Shown piece after piece: positions 48,681-63,235 of a DNA stretch of 64,000 bases (position 1 is the stretch's first letter; the number at the start of each line of letters is the position of its first letter). A program made the position numbers and the translations under genes. A model generated the notes under the pieces. It was not told where the DNA came from and did no database searches. It was given only the letters and a program-made list of their open reading frames with translations. The stretch spans positions 133,672,001 to 133,736,000 of the forward strand of contig OZ260661.1 in assembly GCA_965285935.1 (NCBI GenBank), read 5' to 3'. This stretch comes from Ophelia neglecta. Taxonomy: Eukaryota.

Positions 48681-51600
48681 GAACCTATTTAGTAAGAGGT
48701 CTGGGAAGAATGGCAAGGTCTTGTCAACATGAGGCTGGAACCTAAATACGACTACTCATCGTAACATTTCCAGATCAACAACATCTACTCATTCTACTGG
48801 TACACAGCTCATGCACTGTAAATCCCTTTTTGCTGGTATGATTGAGACTGACATTAAAGGGACTTTTTTTAATGACAAACTATTGTTGGTGGTTCTAAAA
48901 TGCAAAGTAAAAGAGCAGGAATTAAGTTTCAGTGACTTAAATTAATAACCACAAATGATAATAGCCAAAAAAGATAAGGGTCTTACAATATTCTGATACG
49001 CATGCAAAGTATAACACCATGCTACATTTAAAAGTATGAAAGCTGAAATGCTTATTGGCAACGGTAATGGCAGCACCAAGGAGAGAATAGAGAAAAAGTG
49101 GGAACCTGTCAAAACTAAAATAGAGAGAGTATAATATATGTATAAAAAAGGGATCTAGGCCCACACAAGTACTAGTAGTCAGTCAACTCTGAAGAAAATA
49201 TTCGCTTTGTATTTATTTATTCTCTATATACACACATGTCACATGTCATTTTTGAAAGCAATAAGGCCAATATAGTGACTGTATAGGGTCGCATTGGCTG
49301 CAATAGAGCGTTGTATTCATGTATTTACTTGAATAAATATTAATAAAAAAAAATAAATAAATAAATAAATTAAAAAATAGTTTACTTCTTTATTAACTAA
49401 TGTAGATAAAGAATTTACACGTATTGGATGTTATTTCTTTTATAAAGTAATTGATACAGGCATGTAAATAGTTTAAGTGACAATTCAATTCACAGCTATA
49501 CTTGCACTTTTACTGATCAAAGCAAATCATTCAATCAACATTTTGTAAGAACTAGTCTAACTCCACCAGCCTAAATGTATAATCCGCGAGCTACCCATCA
49601 TTTTGATACGGCGGTACATCAGTATCTAAAAATACCGCGCGGAGGGGATGTGTGGCACAAGACTATGTAAGAACCATAGTATTTCAACTTTTTTTTGACA
49701 ATTTTCAGCCCCTATAAACCAAGGACTATTAACTATTGCTTGAATACCAGACCAGGGCTCATAATAACAGAAATGAAATACTAATAACTGCCTGTCCATT
49801 AGATAGGGTGACTTCAATTAGTTCAGTATCAGAATAGGCCCACACTATGTCACCAATCATTTACTTTAACAACAGACCTGCTTGACCAAAGGAAACCTGC
49901 TTTAGTGGTACGTGATGATTGGGGACAATCTCCATAGTTCCCTAGGTATCAATTTAGCATGGAAAGCTGTTTGGAAACTCTTGACAATAGTGCAAAAATA
50001 TAGGACACTTATGCTTACACTATCCTGGCTCTCTCTAATTCTCAGGTTTTGCTGTACACACTGTGGTCCCTGCAATGTAGGGCCACCCCAATATCCAAGG
50101 AAACTGGCCCTACATCGCAGGTTGCCCTCCATAAGAGGGTCTTAAACATACTAAAAAAGGTCAAAAGGCACAACTACGTGATACGGACAAACACCATATG
50201 TGTTTTGTGTGGCTACTATAAATAACTTTGGAGATCGCCAGAAACGAACACTCCTCCAGAGCTCAAGGGGTCAAGGATATAATAATATCAAGATATAACA
50301 AGCATCTGGAATGAATTAATACCTTGGGTTTATTTAAAAACGAAAACGTTCGCAAACATCACAAACGTTTCGCGAAATTCCGTAACTGAACGGTTCGTTT
50401 GCCGAAAACGTTCGCAACCAATCGCAAACGTATGGTGGTGCGCCAAGAAAACCAAAATGGCGGACGGGTGAGCACATGTTCTGTTATCTTGTGGGCGGGG
50501 CCTAGTAGCAAACGTTCGCGATTCGTTCAATAAAGAGATGTGTATCGGGAACTGTGATAGGCCAACGTTTGCGTTTATTGAACGCAAGGCTGGCCAGGCG
50601 AACAAAATGGACAACATGGTCAACATGTTTTTGACCACTCTTTGGAACTAGCCGGACATGATTATCCTTAAAATTAAACACAAAATAATGACTAAACTAT
50701 GTCTACAATTACATCTGGCTTAATTCGATCTGATACAATTCTAATTTTTGTACGCATAAGTTTTAGCATACATGTCAAAATATTTAGCACCATATTATAA
50801 TATTTACAAAAGGTAGCAACATGATCAATACCACTCTCGGTAAACAATGGGATTCACTAAGGTGACTTAATTAAACACAACAAAATGACTGGGAAATTTC
50901 TACAAATAACATTTTCTACATATTACTCAGATTTACTTCTACTGGTAATTACTTATTTGGTATGCACACTGCATATTGTGTGTACTTTAAAAACTTGGCA
51001 GTTAAAATTAATTTTTTGGTTTAAATATGTTTAAACCAAAACATTAATGGCAACCAAATCTGGACCTATATTCGCTATTTGTCTGTTGCAAGGTTGGTGC
51101 GACTACGGAGTTGTTTTTTCTTTTGGGGGGGGGGGGGGGGGGGGCAATTTTTGTTCAATGGAGGGGGAACGAAATATCTTTTCTGTATTATTTTCGAAAC
51201 TCAGCCTCCCCCCCCCCCCAACGCCATAAATAACGAACACACCCTAAGGGTTTATTAAGGAAAGCTTAATCTAGGGTGCCAACAAAAACCTACCCCTAAC
51301 CTTGTCATAACCCATCCCTAACTTATTCTTCTCGTGTCTGAATTAACCCCACCTCTAATTTCCCTTGTGTCTGGTACCATACGGGTTTTAAAATATGCCT
51401 GTTGTTTGGAGGCTCGGAGATGGGAGATGCGGACTACTGATAAATTGCATGGGATACCTACACTCGCAATGGCTGGCATAATTTGTTCTTTAGGTAGGCT
51501 TTTTCATGCTAAAATATTGGTTCTGTCATAACGACTGAGCCATCTAATGATACATTTACCCCTCAAAATCACTCTGAAAATGTCACAACGTTCCCCATTC

Positions 51601-53724
51601 TCCCCTGCTGCACATCATAATGTAGAGTCATGCGCAGTCCAACTCGGCGATCAAACGTACGGCGCTTGTGTGGAGGCCATATGATGGACTAATCACGATA
51701 GGCCTAGATCTAAAAATAGGTCAGGGCTTTCCCCACCAGGGGCAGCTGCTCAACGCGTCATATTTCCTGGAAAGAGCCCTTTCATAAGGTATCGCTTTCG
51801 GCGTTAGTAAATCAAACATTGGCTTGAACCATTAACATAAGTACTAGGTGAGTTCATATAATTGTGTTATTTGCGACATCTTGCATATTGTAAGGACATT
51901 TTCATTTATCATCGCCCGTTATCTACCAAATGGCTGCCTGCGTCAAAATAAACACATGCTTGTTGTCCTATTGATACGCATGTATGTGACATGTACAGTA
52001 TGTATCAGGCTTCTGACTAAACGCGGTGGTAATGATTATTTATGAATGGCATGAAACAAGACATCCTCTGCAAGGAAAAAGTTGGGGACAGTTAATATTA
52101 GTCTATAATATATATATATAGAAGTGAAGCAATGACTACATTCTATGATAAAACATGCTAAGTCATGCTTCAAAATCAATTATTTGTTTTAAAATTATTG
52201 AAATCGGTCAAAGAAAACCCATTGGGTGAGATTTCCTAATTATCGCCCACTGTCAATTTCGGGTACATATTCGAATGGTTATTTACCGAAAAATAGTCGA
52301 GGGGTTAAAGTATTTCCATCGGCGGCACCGTGCCTGAGTACTTCTTAGGGGGTGGTCATTTACTAAGGAGTGGGGGGGGGGGGGAGTGGCACAAATCCTT
52401 GGAGGGGGGGGGGGTCAAAGAATTGAAACACCATCTGATGGGGGGGGGGGCACAAAAATGTGACACCCTACTATGGGGGGGGGGGGGAGTCATAAAACCT
52501 AATCACCCATGAAAATAATAATTTTAATTTTTTCTTCGTAATCCTTCCATGCAACACCCATACATTTTTTAATACCACATTTGAGGGTGCTCAAAAAAGA
52601 TGTCTTGAGATGGCCTACCCCATGTTAGTACTCACAAAACTACACACATGGGTAGATCATGGTCCAACCTTGAAAGTACTCCCTACTATAGCAGTCAGGA
52701 TTGACATACATGAATTACCCAGTTAGTTTTAAGAGGAAGTATGTTCATTCATTTTAGTTCTGCAGGGAAGTATTATATTGGGCATTGTTCAGCCCATTCG
52801 AGAATGATAGATTAAAACCTATGATGCACACAACAACCAATCACCTTGTGGTATGTTACAAGTTAGCTAGCATGACACAGAGGATGACAAAGAGCCAAAG
52901 GGTACATAAAATTTGGTTTGGGAGCATATACACTACATCCACTACCCACACATATCAAAATATTAGGCAACTGACATATTTATTGTGTGAGAAAGAAAAA
53001 CTGATGATTGAAATAGTCATTGGGTGAAAAATGACAATTGTTTGACACCGAGTTAGAAAAGGGCATGTACGGTTGTTTTCAAGTTATAAGTTACCTGATG
53101 TAGGCCTAATACTCTAATACTCTATACATCTTTCATGCTTCATGCTCTGAAAATATAAACATTGACCATTGTAGTTACCAATGACATTTGATGAATTTTA
53201 GGTTCAAACATATTCTGCTTCATAATAATACATATACATGTATATTATGCTGTTCTCTCCTGTTTCTACATTTAATGGGTAACCACCATAATCTCATCTG
53301 TTCTAAGAATCAATCTATATGCTTGGGTGAACATTTGCCTACATTCAATTGTACCTTCAAACAGAAGGATAGTTTAATTTGTGGTCTTGCAGTTGATGAG
53401 CAAGTAAAAAACATTTCAACTGAATAAATGAAATGCTTTATTCTCTCACCTATGCTACTTGTCAGTTCAATATTTTAATTTGGTCATATTCCAAACCTCA
53501 ATGGGTAATGCGAAGTTAATATTATCAGTAATCTGGACCAATGAATTGTCTAATGAGGTTCTAGTGTATACATATATAGAAGCACTTGGATAAGTTTATT
53601 ATATTTTTTTCCATTTACTATGGGAGTCATTTTCTCTAGGAGCTTGAACATCAACATAGAAAAATACAGACACATAATGACATTTAAAATAGACAATATA
53701 TTCAGTGTAAAAAAATAACTATGA

Positions 53725-54130
53725 TCATAGGTGCCGATCCTTCCCAGTTCCAGGTGCCGAGTCATCTTTGGGCAGGTGCCGAGTTGTCCATTTCGGACTG
53801 TTCGGCACCTGATCAATAAATATTTAAGTGAAATATCGTTGGCGCCGCGCCCCTGGCAACAGTATCAAGCATAACCTACAAGTTTTGCCACTTCAATAAA
53901 AATTGTAGGTACCAAGTCTCAAGTTTAAAAATTTATTAAATGAAAAATAGTCGTTCCTGAGTCGTCCCAGTCCCAGGTGCCGAAATGTCCTAGTGCCAGG
54001 TGCCGAGTTGTCCTGATACCAGGTGCCGAGTCGTCCTGGGCCAGGTGCCGAGTTGTCCTGGGCCAGGTGCCGTGTTGGCAGAATGGTATAGGTGCCGAGT
54101 CGTCCAGGTGCCGAGTCGTCTTGATACCGG
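53725..54130. repeat. Minisatellite-like array of ~21-bp units (ccaggtgccgagt(t/c)gtcc)
   Basis: About seven adjacent units at 53972-54125 and three at 53729-53790. Probably internal repeats of a non-autonomous DNA transposon. Confidence 0.8.
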
Positions 54131-54443
54131 CCAGATGCGCAGTAGCCGTAGCTTGGCATACCAGTACATGTACTTACGATCAATTTAGCTAGAGCTAGCT
54201 AGGGACCAATTATTTTTTGCGCCCTTTATTATCGCGACCTTTATATTTGGCGAACATTAATGTTTGCGATTTTGTAACCCTCGCGAAAGTCGCGAAATAA
54301 AAAGCGCCCAAACAATAAGGGATTTACAGTAAATACATTTATTCTTGTATTATTTCGTTTCAGTTTCGGGAGTTTGGTGTAATTTTGTCAACAAAGCATC
54401 ACCTCAAACCGATCTGCATCTCTATCCTACCATATCAACCAAT

Positions 54444-57400
54444 ATGTTGGATGTCTTATTTCATACTACTTTGTTCCTTTTATGGATAGTATGCATCAGT
54501 GGACAAACAGGTATCTCTCTTATACTGATAAATCCCCGACATGTATCTTATGAAGGCGGTTCATCCATGTGTCAATAAAATCATAATTTTGAAAGTTGAG
54601 GGTTTCAAAAACCTTTTTTGCCTATTAATTGACTAACTGATCCTAACATGAAATATACTCAACTTAAACTGCAATATTAGGCCTTCTAATACTCATATAT
54701 AGTCAGTCAGCTATTTTTATTTTGGGTTGATTTAGCAGCTTTATTTTCATACATTATTGTTATCGTAATTTCGCTGGGGTTTTATCATATTAAGGTTATT
54801 TCATGCAAACGGCTCATTTTTGTACAGCACAGTGGAGGTGCCATTTAAAAAGCAAATCTGTTAACAATGATTTCAAGCAGCATTCTTTCCCAGAAACATT
54901 GATTATAGTAGACTAGACCCGAGTATGTTTGCCAGCATTAGTTTAAAATAAGAATCTTATGTTAAAAAGATAAAAAGAAATTAATGTATTTTGACTTTGC
55001 TGTAGGATGGCTTGAGACCCCTGAAAATGGTGTTGTCCACGTGTGCACAGGAGACACAGCTTCCTTGAGATGGAGGTACGACGAGACTCTTGGCACATTT
55101 AAAGGTGAGCATTTACACACTTCAATATAGGGTTGCATTTCGGTATTGTATCAATATTGATGTATTGGTATTGGTATCAGCCTGAACTAACTATTTCAAA
55201 CCTTCAGCATGACACATTTTTAAGCAAAAGGGTTGTAATTAGAATCTAGGGTATAGAAAGTTGTAGATTTACAAAATTTGCAAAAGGGTTTTCATCTGTA
55301 CATTTTGTTTTAGGTCAAGTGTTGCATTTTGGAATGGTTTGAACAAGAATATGGTGGCAGGGGGGGGGGGGGGGGGGTGGATGAATAGACTGCGCCCTAG
55401 CAGGGATCTCCCTAGGTGAAAAACCCATGAGCAAAAAGTCTCACATTCCCAAAGTAATGGGATATTTCCCAAAATATTCAAAATATGCAACTACAGTGAA
55501 ACCTGTGAATTAAGACAACCCAAGGGACTGGAAAATGGTGGTCTGATTTCGGAGGTGTCTGTTTAGAAAGGTTATTTAACATTGAACATAAACAGAATGG
55601 TCCTCACATCAGTGGTCTGAATTGACAGGTGGTCTCATTATAGAGGTGGTCTCTAAGGCAGCTTTCACTGTATTCATATAGTGGTTCATAAATTTGAGAT
55701 ATTCTCCCCTTGAGAATTATTGAAGATTTTTAGTTACTGAATCCAATATGAGAATATTCCCATATATATTTGCCTAGGGTGATCCCTGCCCCAAGATGGT
55801 GAAGTTGAATAACAAAAGGACTTGAGATTAGGAGTTAAATGTGAAACTGACTGCAATATACATGTACCAACAGATTGAGGCCATAACGGTAGACCTGCTG
55901 GATAGGGTGAGCTACATAAAACTGGTCACATGGGTGGGATGGGACCTCTATGTACTTGTCAGACGGGATGCTCTGTTCCAAACGTCAATTTAAGGGCTCC
56001 CGCACCCTAAAATAGCTAATTTTTTATAGCCGAAGCGCCCTACAAAAATCTATTTTTGGAATTCGGGGCTTGCCCCGAAGACCTTCTACAGCAGTCAGAA
56101 ATCTGATCTTTGGCGATTTTCGATGACGTATTACTAGCTTCGAACTGCTCCAACTTTTCTGTGTAGCTTGATGCCGTGTGCCTTAAAAATTAATCTGCTG
56201 TGCTTTCAGTCTGTCTACACTTGGGTATTATGTCACATCGGTATCAAATTATTGAAGCTTGCGACCTATTTTAGGTTTATGTAAGAAACACTTTTACCGG
56301 TGAAGGAGATTAGCAGGTTTTTTTAGGCGGCTTCCATAGACGGCGAAATTTACCATGGGTTACGGGACAAGTTACAATACCTCCTATACTGCGTAGATAT
56401 GTCAAAGAAAAAAATGAATCAATTATCTATTGGAGACTACATAGTGAATAAAGTAGATTTATTGTTATTTCTAAGAGCACTTAGTGACACACTTATGTAT
56501 ATGATCTTAAAATTCTTCACTGAATAATACATTGCTAAGTGGGGTAGTCGGTAAGGCGTCGGACGTCGGACTGACTTTTTTTAGGCCTCGTGTGTTCCAA
56601 CCCGCGTCAGGCCGTCAACTCTTTTGCTGCATTTTCAAAATAATTTTTGCGGTTTCTTCCCAGCTTCTTCACAGCTTTGCTCATTTACAAATATATTTCT
56701 TGGGTTATTTTGGCAGCATTAAATTCATTATCCAGGGAGGCAAAGGAGGTGGCCTTTCTCAATTTCAGGGGACCCCTTCAGAATAATGTTTGCTATGTTA
56801 ACTGGTGAGAAGAAACTGATATTTCTGATAAACCGTTTAACAAATCCATTTTATGTAGGCCTAGGCCTATAATTCCACAGAAGGCCTATTTCGTGAAGCC
56901 TACATGCAGATATATGCACTGCTAAATTATCGAGCATGCGCTTCGTCAGCAAGGGCGTAAATAGGGGTGGGGGGGTTTCAGGAGGTTCGTCCGAACCCCC
57001 CTTTGTTGGCTGACTTAACTTGAGTTGTCAAAAAGATTGTTCTATAGTTCGAACCGCAAAATGTACGAACCACCACCAGAAAAACCTGTGTTCTTTCCAT
57101 TTTCATGTCGTGCTGGGAACGCCCCTGGTCAATCACCGGTAACCTCAGACCGATCGGTAAAATCAGACCGCTTAACTCAGACCGCCACACCGGTACAATT
57201 ATAGCTTACTGCATATACTTAGTTGCTGCTATGTGTACTCTACCCAGACAAACCCTCTGCCTGGCCCCGTAATTCCATTGTTGAGGCCTTTTGGCCCTTG
57301 TTTTTAAATTTTGCCCTAACTAGGGTAATTATTTACAAATTGTGCCCCATGTAGGATTATTTTATACCAGGTTTTGTCATGATTTAAAATAGGCTTTCAG

Positions 57401-57991
57401 GGAAAGAAATAAAAACAAAATTTCATCATCAGAAGGCCCTGTTGAAAACTCAGCAGGCCCTGAAAATTTGGCATAAAAGAGTCCAGCCAAAATATGTACT
57501 TGCCCGCTGGGCCTGGGGGTAGAATTCTAATAGGCCCGCCCCTAAAATGATAGGCCCCAGGCCTACCAGCCCATGCTTATTTATTTCCCTGGGCTTTTAA
57601 AACCTGTAAGCCGAGCATCCTAGTCTAAATTGTAGCTTGTTTCCCCCTCAAAACCCCCTAAAATGCAATTAAAAACTTTTCTGGGTTCATTCCCTTTTTT
57701 TTCAGTTTAATTATTAGGAAAATTTCAGATAAATATATTAAGCCGGTGTGTAATATTTGTGATTTTCTCACCCAGGGATGAATGTTGTTCGCAGCGAGCA
57801 GGCGATCGTGCTGGTGTCTAAGTTCGGCACTGAACCGCCTCAACCAAAGGATGATCGGGTTACATTCTTACCAAACGCCGGAGCCAACATCTCCAATGTC
57901 GTCCTGGGTGATGCTGGGAGATACGTGAGCACTGTTGTCTTCACAGATGATAGTTCTATCTACAATGATGCAACACTGGAAGTCTATGAAG
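54444..57991 (+). CDS. 5' exons of a secreted or membrane protein with an atypical Ig V-like domain (partial gene)
   Basis: Exons 54444-54510 (signal MLDVLFHTTLFLLWIVCISGQT), 55006-55104 (WLETPENGVVHVCTGDTASLRWRYDETLGTFK) and 57776-57991 (GMNVVRSEQAIVLVSKFG..DDRVTFLPNAGANISNVVLGDAGRYVSTVVF..DATLEVYE), all phase 1 with GT-AG. Ig hallmarks: G-x-T-A-x-L, R-V, I-x-N-V-x-x-x-D-x-G-x-Y, L-x-V. No downstream exons identified. Confidence 0.78.
55401..55788. mobile_element. hAT-like MITE containing a nested pogo-type MITE (55492-55672)
   Basis: Outer TIR cagggatctccctagg / cctagggtgatccctg; inner TIR tacagtgaaacctg / cagctttcactgta. Confidence 0.7.
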
Positions 57992-59085
57992 GTAATATTT
58001 TACTTACCATAATGGTAAAAATGTTGGCACTGCGTTAAATTCATGCTTATCCAAAAACTGACACTTGGTGACTTTTGAATTTCATGGCTAGATATATAGC
58101 TTGTATATATACGTGTGAATACAACATTCATGAGATGATTTCCTGACCGATATTATTTTTTTGCAAAAATGCACAAGTATAATCCTGTGGGAATATTTTT
58201 ACCATTACATTATATGTTAATATAGTGAAAAGGCTAAAGACATTGGCTTTAACAGTAGTGGATAGTCCCAACAAATTCTAGTGTCCAGGTGAAAATATGT
58301 AGGTCTTTTTGGGGAAATTTTGCAACTATTAAAAAAAACAAATCTAGTCACCCAGCCCTGCAATTAGCATCAAAATCCACAGAAAGGCACACACAAATGC
58401 ATTCAAATCTTATCCTAATTTTATAACCCCTACACATAGTAACCTTTGAACCCTGGGCCTTCCCTTACCACAAACCTTGCCATAATCCCTTGTGAGATTG
58501 AGTTTTCGTCAACTGACACTGTGTTAATTGATTGTTTGTCTTGGCTTTTGCAGTAAAGTGGTATGTATATGCAAAATTGTTTTATTTTCGCCCATCGGCC
58601 GGCGGAATCTATATGACATTTATGGACCTTCTGCTACCCCAAAAAACTCAATGGAGGGGGGGGGGGGGGCGCTTATTAGAGCAGGGGCGCTTATTGGAAT
58701 GAATACGGTATAGACTAGCGCACATATTGGGGCTGATCTACTTTTTTAAATGTTTTGGACAACTGCCCACACTTAATTTTTGGTGCAACAACTGACGGGC
58801 ACTATTGGACGCTTATAAGTCTGTAAAACTCTGGAAAATTTTATGATTTGCAGTTACTTTCCATTGCGTGTATACTGTGTGTTATGAGTCATCAGGTCCA
58901 AAGTACACCCCGCTACTGTTAGAAGCATTCTCAGTGTTGCTGCACCCTTCACTGTCCTCCCCTATCTCACTTTAGAGCAAGCCCTGCCTCGGATCTACTT
59001 AGTAGTAGTAGTAGACCCTCCTTTCCATTGCTTTACCTCTGGCCACTAGCCAACAAGGGCCACCCAGTTAGAAAGGGGTCTTCTT

Positions 59086-59390
59086 TTGGTTGTTTGTTTG
59101 TTTGGGGTTTTAAGTGGCTTTCAATACTTATATGGTCACATCGCCACATTGCCTTCTTGTGACAGTGGGCTCAATGCCATCTTTATAGTGCAACGACAGG
59201 GAACCCAACCCAGTCACATTATACTGACACCGGGTTGACCAGTCCTGATACTACCCCTGAAATACCGGGCGCCTGGCAGGAGAGCTATCAGTACCTATTT
59301 TTACGACTTGGGTTTGATGTGATCGAGATTTGAACCCCGATCTACCACTTGCGAGGCAGAGATGCTAACCACTCGGCCATGCTTTGGTGG
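59086..59390 (-). mobile_element. tRNA-derived SINE, copy 3
   Basis: A and B boxes on the minus strand, same body as the 26.4 kb copy, (AAAC)n tail. Confidence 0.85.
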
Positions 59391-59525
59391 TGGGTCCTCT
59401 TTTAGGTGCTCTGAGTTGGGTTCCGTTTAAATGATAGATCACATCAATCATTTAAATATTATTTATTATTATCATTGAATATATTTACTCTCCAGTTAGT
59501 GGTGTAAATAAATAAATATATTAAT

Positions 59526-60220
59526 CAGGGATGTGATTTTTCCGGTTTTAGCCGGAATTCCGGTTTTCGAGGGAGAAAAAGACGACCCTCGTGATTCGCA
59601 CAGATCCATTAAATTTTTTTTTGGGGGGGGGGGGGCTTTGGCCAATGACCATTGCTAAGGTTGGCTCGAACGATGCATGGAAGTCGTCCATGGTTTTGCA
59701 CTGTACTATGGAAGTACATCATTCGTACCTCCTTTCATGAGTAACAGTGAACTGCACACAAACGTGTATTTGATTGGTCGTCCGCTGCTTTGACTACATT
59801 CAGTATCCAATAGGATTGTCCGAAACAAAACAGTCTGAACAGCGGGAAGGCATGTGCACATGTGTGTTGCTCTTCCTATTTTTAGCACGTGGCCTGGATC
59901 GGTCTCAAATCGCACCCAGCTCAATCGTATTTAGGTAAGTCATGACATTATATAACCAAGCAACTATATCAGAAGCAACGTTAATCTTTAATAAGTTTTG
60001 ATATAGACGGTTAACAGTTGAGTTATCACCTGAACTATCGCGACCAACATTAAAAACTTGTATTATCGCCCACTGGTTTGATTTGAGCAAACGATCTTTA
60101 AAAAGACGCCCCTAGGACCCCCACTGGGGCTTGGCCCCTGGACCCCAATGGAGTCTAGGAGGCCCCCACGCCCCCGGCTAAATTTTCAGGTTTTTTCTTG
60201 AAAAACCAATCACATCCCTG
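59526..60220. mobile_element. hAT-like non-autonomous element
   Basis: Perfect 13-bp TIR CAGGGATGTGATT / AATCACATCCCTG with attaat on both flanks. Confidence 0.7.
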
Positions 60221-61880
60221 ATTAATATATAGGTGCACTTTATGGGGGGGATGGGGCACTTCTGTTTGCAGGCACCGCACCCAGGCTGGTGGATTAGAGT
60301 GCCCCCCCCCCCCCCCCCCCGCTGCCCAGAACCCCTGTTACCCTTATATTTATATAAAAAAAAACATGAGGCCTGTTTCAACATTCAACCCATCCTATGC
60401 ATATCCAATTTTTATTTGCCTAAACTATATTGTTCAATTTTTTTTATTTTCCTTTTCCTGTGTCTCTTTTTAACGTCCTTCGTAAAGCAGAGGTAAATAA
60501 ACATGTAGGGATGTCATTTAATGTGGGCAACACCACCAAGATTGGTTCTAACATGGCAAACAGATGCCTGGCTCTGGTATCAGCCACCACTTGATGCTTA
60601 GGGGTGATACTATGGGAGGGAGGGGGGGGGGGCATTTTACTTTGAAACAAACAATTTTTTTTCTTCAAGAAGGTAACTCATACAATTTTTTTTGGCAGAT
60701 AAATAAAGCAAACAATTTATTTTTCCTGGATTTTCAGACAAACAATTTTTTTTCAACTCTAATCTTCAGATACAAACAAAGCATGATTAGCTGCATAGGT
60801 GGCTGGAGCAATTGGTTTTGAAATTTTCTTCAGACTTTTTTTTTCTAACTTTCCCCCAAAAAACTTTTTTTTTCCTCCAATCATCAAAGCAAACAATTTT
60901 TTTCCTGGAAATTGGAAACAAAAATTGTTTTTTCAAATTCTTGACAAGCCCCCCCCCCCCTTACAGAATCAAATGAAATGCCCCTTACATGTATATCAGC
61001 ATGATCTGGGTGTACCTTCTCAGTCAACTTCCAGCTAGGGCAATGAACATGAATTTTAACCACACTTTCAATTGGCCGTCTGCCATCACCCATGACCCTT
61101 TGAGGGGGGGGGGGTCCTTCTTATAGAGGGCAGCAGTGTGCCACTGAGGTTTCTGAAATCAGTGTATAAATACCAGATTTTACAAAAAAATTGTTATCCA
61201 TTCAGATATCTTAAAGCAACATATTCCTAAGACACTGAGCTTTAAAAATGGCCATACATATTCTCACACACAGTTAGGCAATTTTTTATCTCATCATAAG
61301 CAATAAATGGTCATCACATTATGCTTCATACAATTCCATAAAGATTGTGATGAGAATGAAGGTCCTTAAGCAAGGCAATAACCTTGGTTTTGTGATTACC
61401 AGCCATTATACTAGCTCATACAAATACCAGATCAACAGATAAAGTGCCAACTACAACTCGTTGCCGGCCACGTGCGCGTGGAACCGCACCTCAAAGTCAG
61501 GCTAGGTGCGGCTGAAAGTGCCAACAGGTGCGGCTGCAAGTGAAGCAGGTGCGGCCGGCGCTGCAGTTAGATCGCCAACAACTGCTAGGCCGGTGCGAGT
61601 GGAAGCTCCAGTTTATTCGACGGCTGCGGCTTTATACTGCCCACCTGTGTCTTTCACAACGAAATTCGACAGGGAAACTAGCTATAATTTAATTTGTACC
61701 AAATGTACCAACCCATCCTAATACTAGATGCTTAAAAAGGACACCGGTCCCAGGGGCATGACCGTGCACTGGTCTCACGGGCTGACTGATATCTTCTAGT
61801 CCAATCCAAGCTTCCCCTAATGATCTATTACATTGGGTGGCATCCTACAATATACACTGGGGTCCCATGCACTTCACATG

Positions 61881-62703
61881 TACAGTGAAACCTGTGAATT
61901 AAGACAACCAAAGGGACTGGAATATGTTGGTCTAATTTTGGAGGCGGTCGGTTTAGACAGGTTTTTTTTACATTGAAAGTATACTGCACAATCCTCATAT
62001 TGGTGGTCTGAATTGGAAGGTGGTCTGTATATTAAGGTGGTCTTTAAGGCAGGTTTCAATGTACAAGGAGGGGCTGTTCAGTTTAGTGCTCTGGTGTCCC
62101 TCATAAATGTAGGCCAGGTGGGGCTTATTGTTTTACCTGAGCAGGAACTTGGTTACACAAAGCAAATTGGCAGGTCATGACACCTACCGACCAAGTTATT
62201 AAACAACAACACTACTACAATAGGCGGGAGATTCACCTGTCTACATAAGACTGCAGTCAAGCACATTGATTTAATTCTTAATAATTTCCCAATCTGTTTA
62301 AGTTTTAGACTGGCCTCAAATACAAGACCTACATGTACAGTGAAACCTGTAAATTAAGACCACCCAAAGGCCTAAAAAAAGGTCTGATTACAGGGATAGG
62401 TCTGTGTAGATTTGTTTAATTTGACTATGAAAAGGGACAGTTTGGTATTCATATTAATGGTCTGAATTGAAAGGTTGTTTGATTATACAGGTGGTCTTTA
62501 AGACAGGTTATACTGCATTTATACAGTGAAACCTGTGAATTAAGACCACCAAAGCGACTTGGAAATGCTGGTCTGATTTCAGGGGTGGTCTGTTTATACA
62601 GGTTATTTAACATTGAAAGTATACAGCATGGTCCACACATTAGTGGTCTGAATTGACAGGTAGTCTGATTATAGAGGTGGTATTTAAGGCAGGTTATACA
62701 GTA
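61881..62703. mobile_element. Three ~180-bp pogo/Tigger-type MITEs (61881-62063, 62336-62517, 62522-62703)
   Basis: Each begins TACAGTGAAACCTGT(G/A)AATTAAGAC and ends in a degenerate inverse (caggtttcaatgta / caggttatacagta); internal ggtggtct repeats. Confidence 0.8.
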
Positions 62704-63235
62704 TTTATACTATTAAATAACTTAAAAATACACTGTACACTGTGGAAAGCATATATTTCTCACTTGCATCTGTTTTCTGGTTCCAAGGCAGCATTTATGT
62801 GCCATTCAGGCGAGATATGATCACCAATATCGGCGGCCATGTTTTTGTATGGCAAATATACCAGTAACTGCATTCAGCAGGTGGCACCACCAGCAGTTGT
62901 TTCTGTGCCTACAAGTAGTACTTCGGTTATAATAATATATTTAGCAGGCAAATATGCTGTATCCATTCAATAAAAACACCAGTTCATGTTTATTCTTACA
63001 TTTATTAAGATATCATATTAAATATGTGTATACAGATATATACATGAAACATTCTTGTAGCCTAGAATTTACTTCTGGGCTAGTTGGATTAGCAGATACT
63101 GGTAAGTTACGTTTCAAATGGCACGGTCCAAACATAGCACTGTCAAAACGTCTATAAATAGATGGACTCAAGTGTACCTGGGAACTGACAAGCCCATGCT
63201 GTCTATATGTCAATGTTATTGTTATTACATATGTC

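Noticed and set aside
53725-54130. Short direct repeats resembling a CRISPR array; repetitive ORFs 53893-54183 and 53977-54192
   Set aside because: Units abut with no unique spacers, there are no cas genes, and the context is eukaryotic. The ORFs are by-products of the repeat.
58000-63200. Further exons of the Ig-domain gene
   Set aside because: I found no convincing open exon with splice sites and Ig or TM features; the region is mostly repeats.
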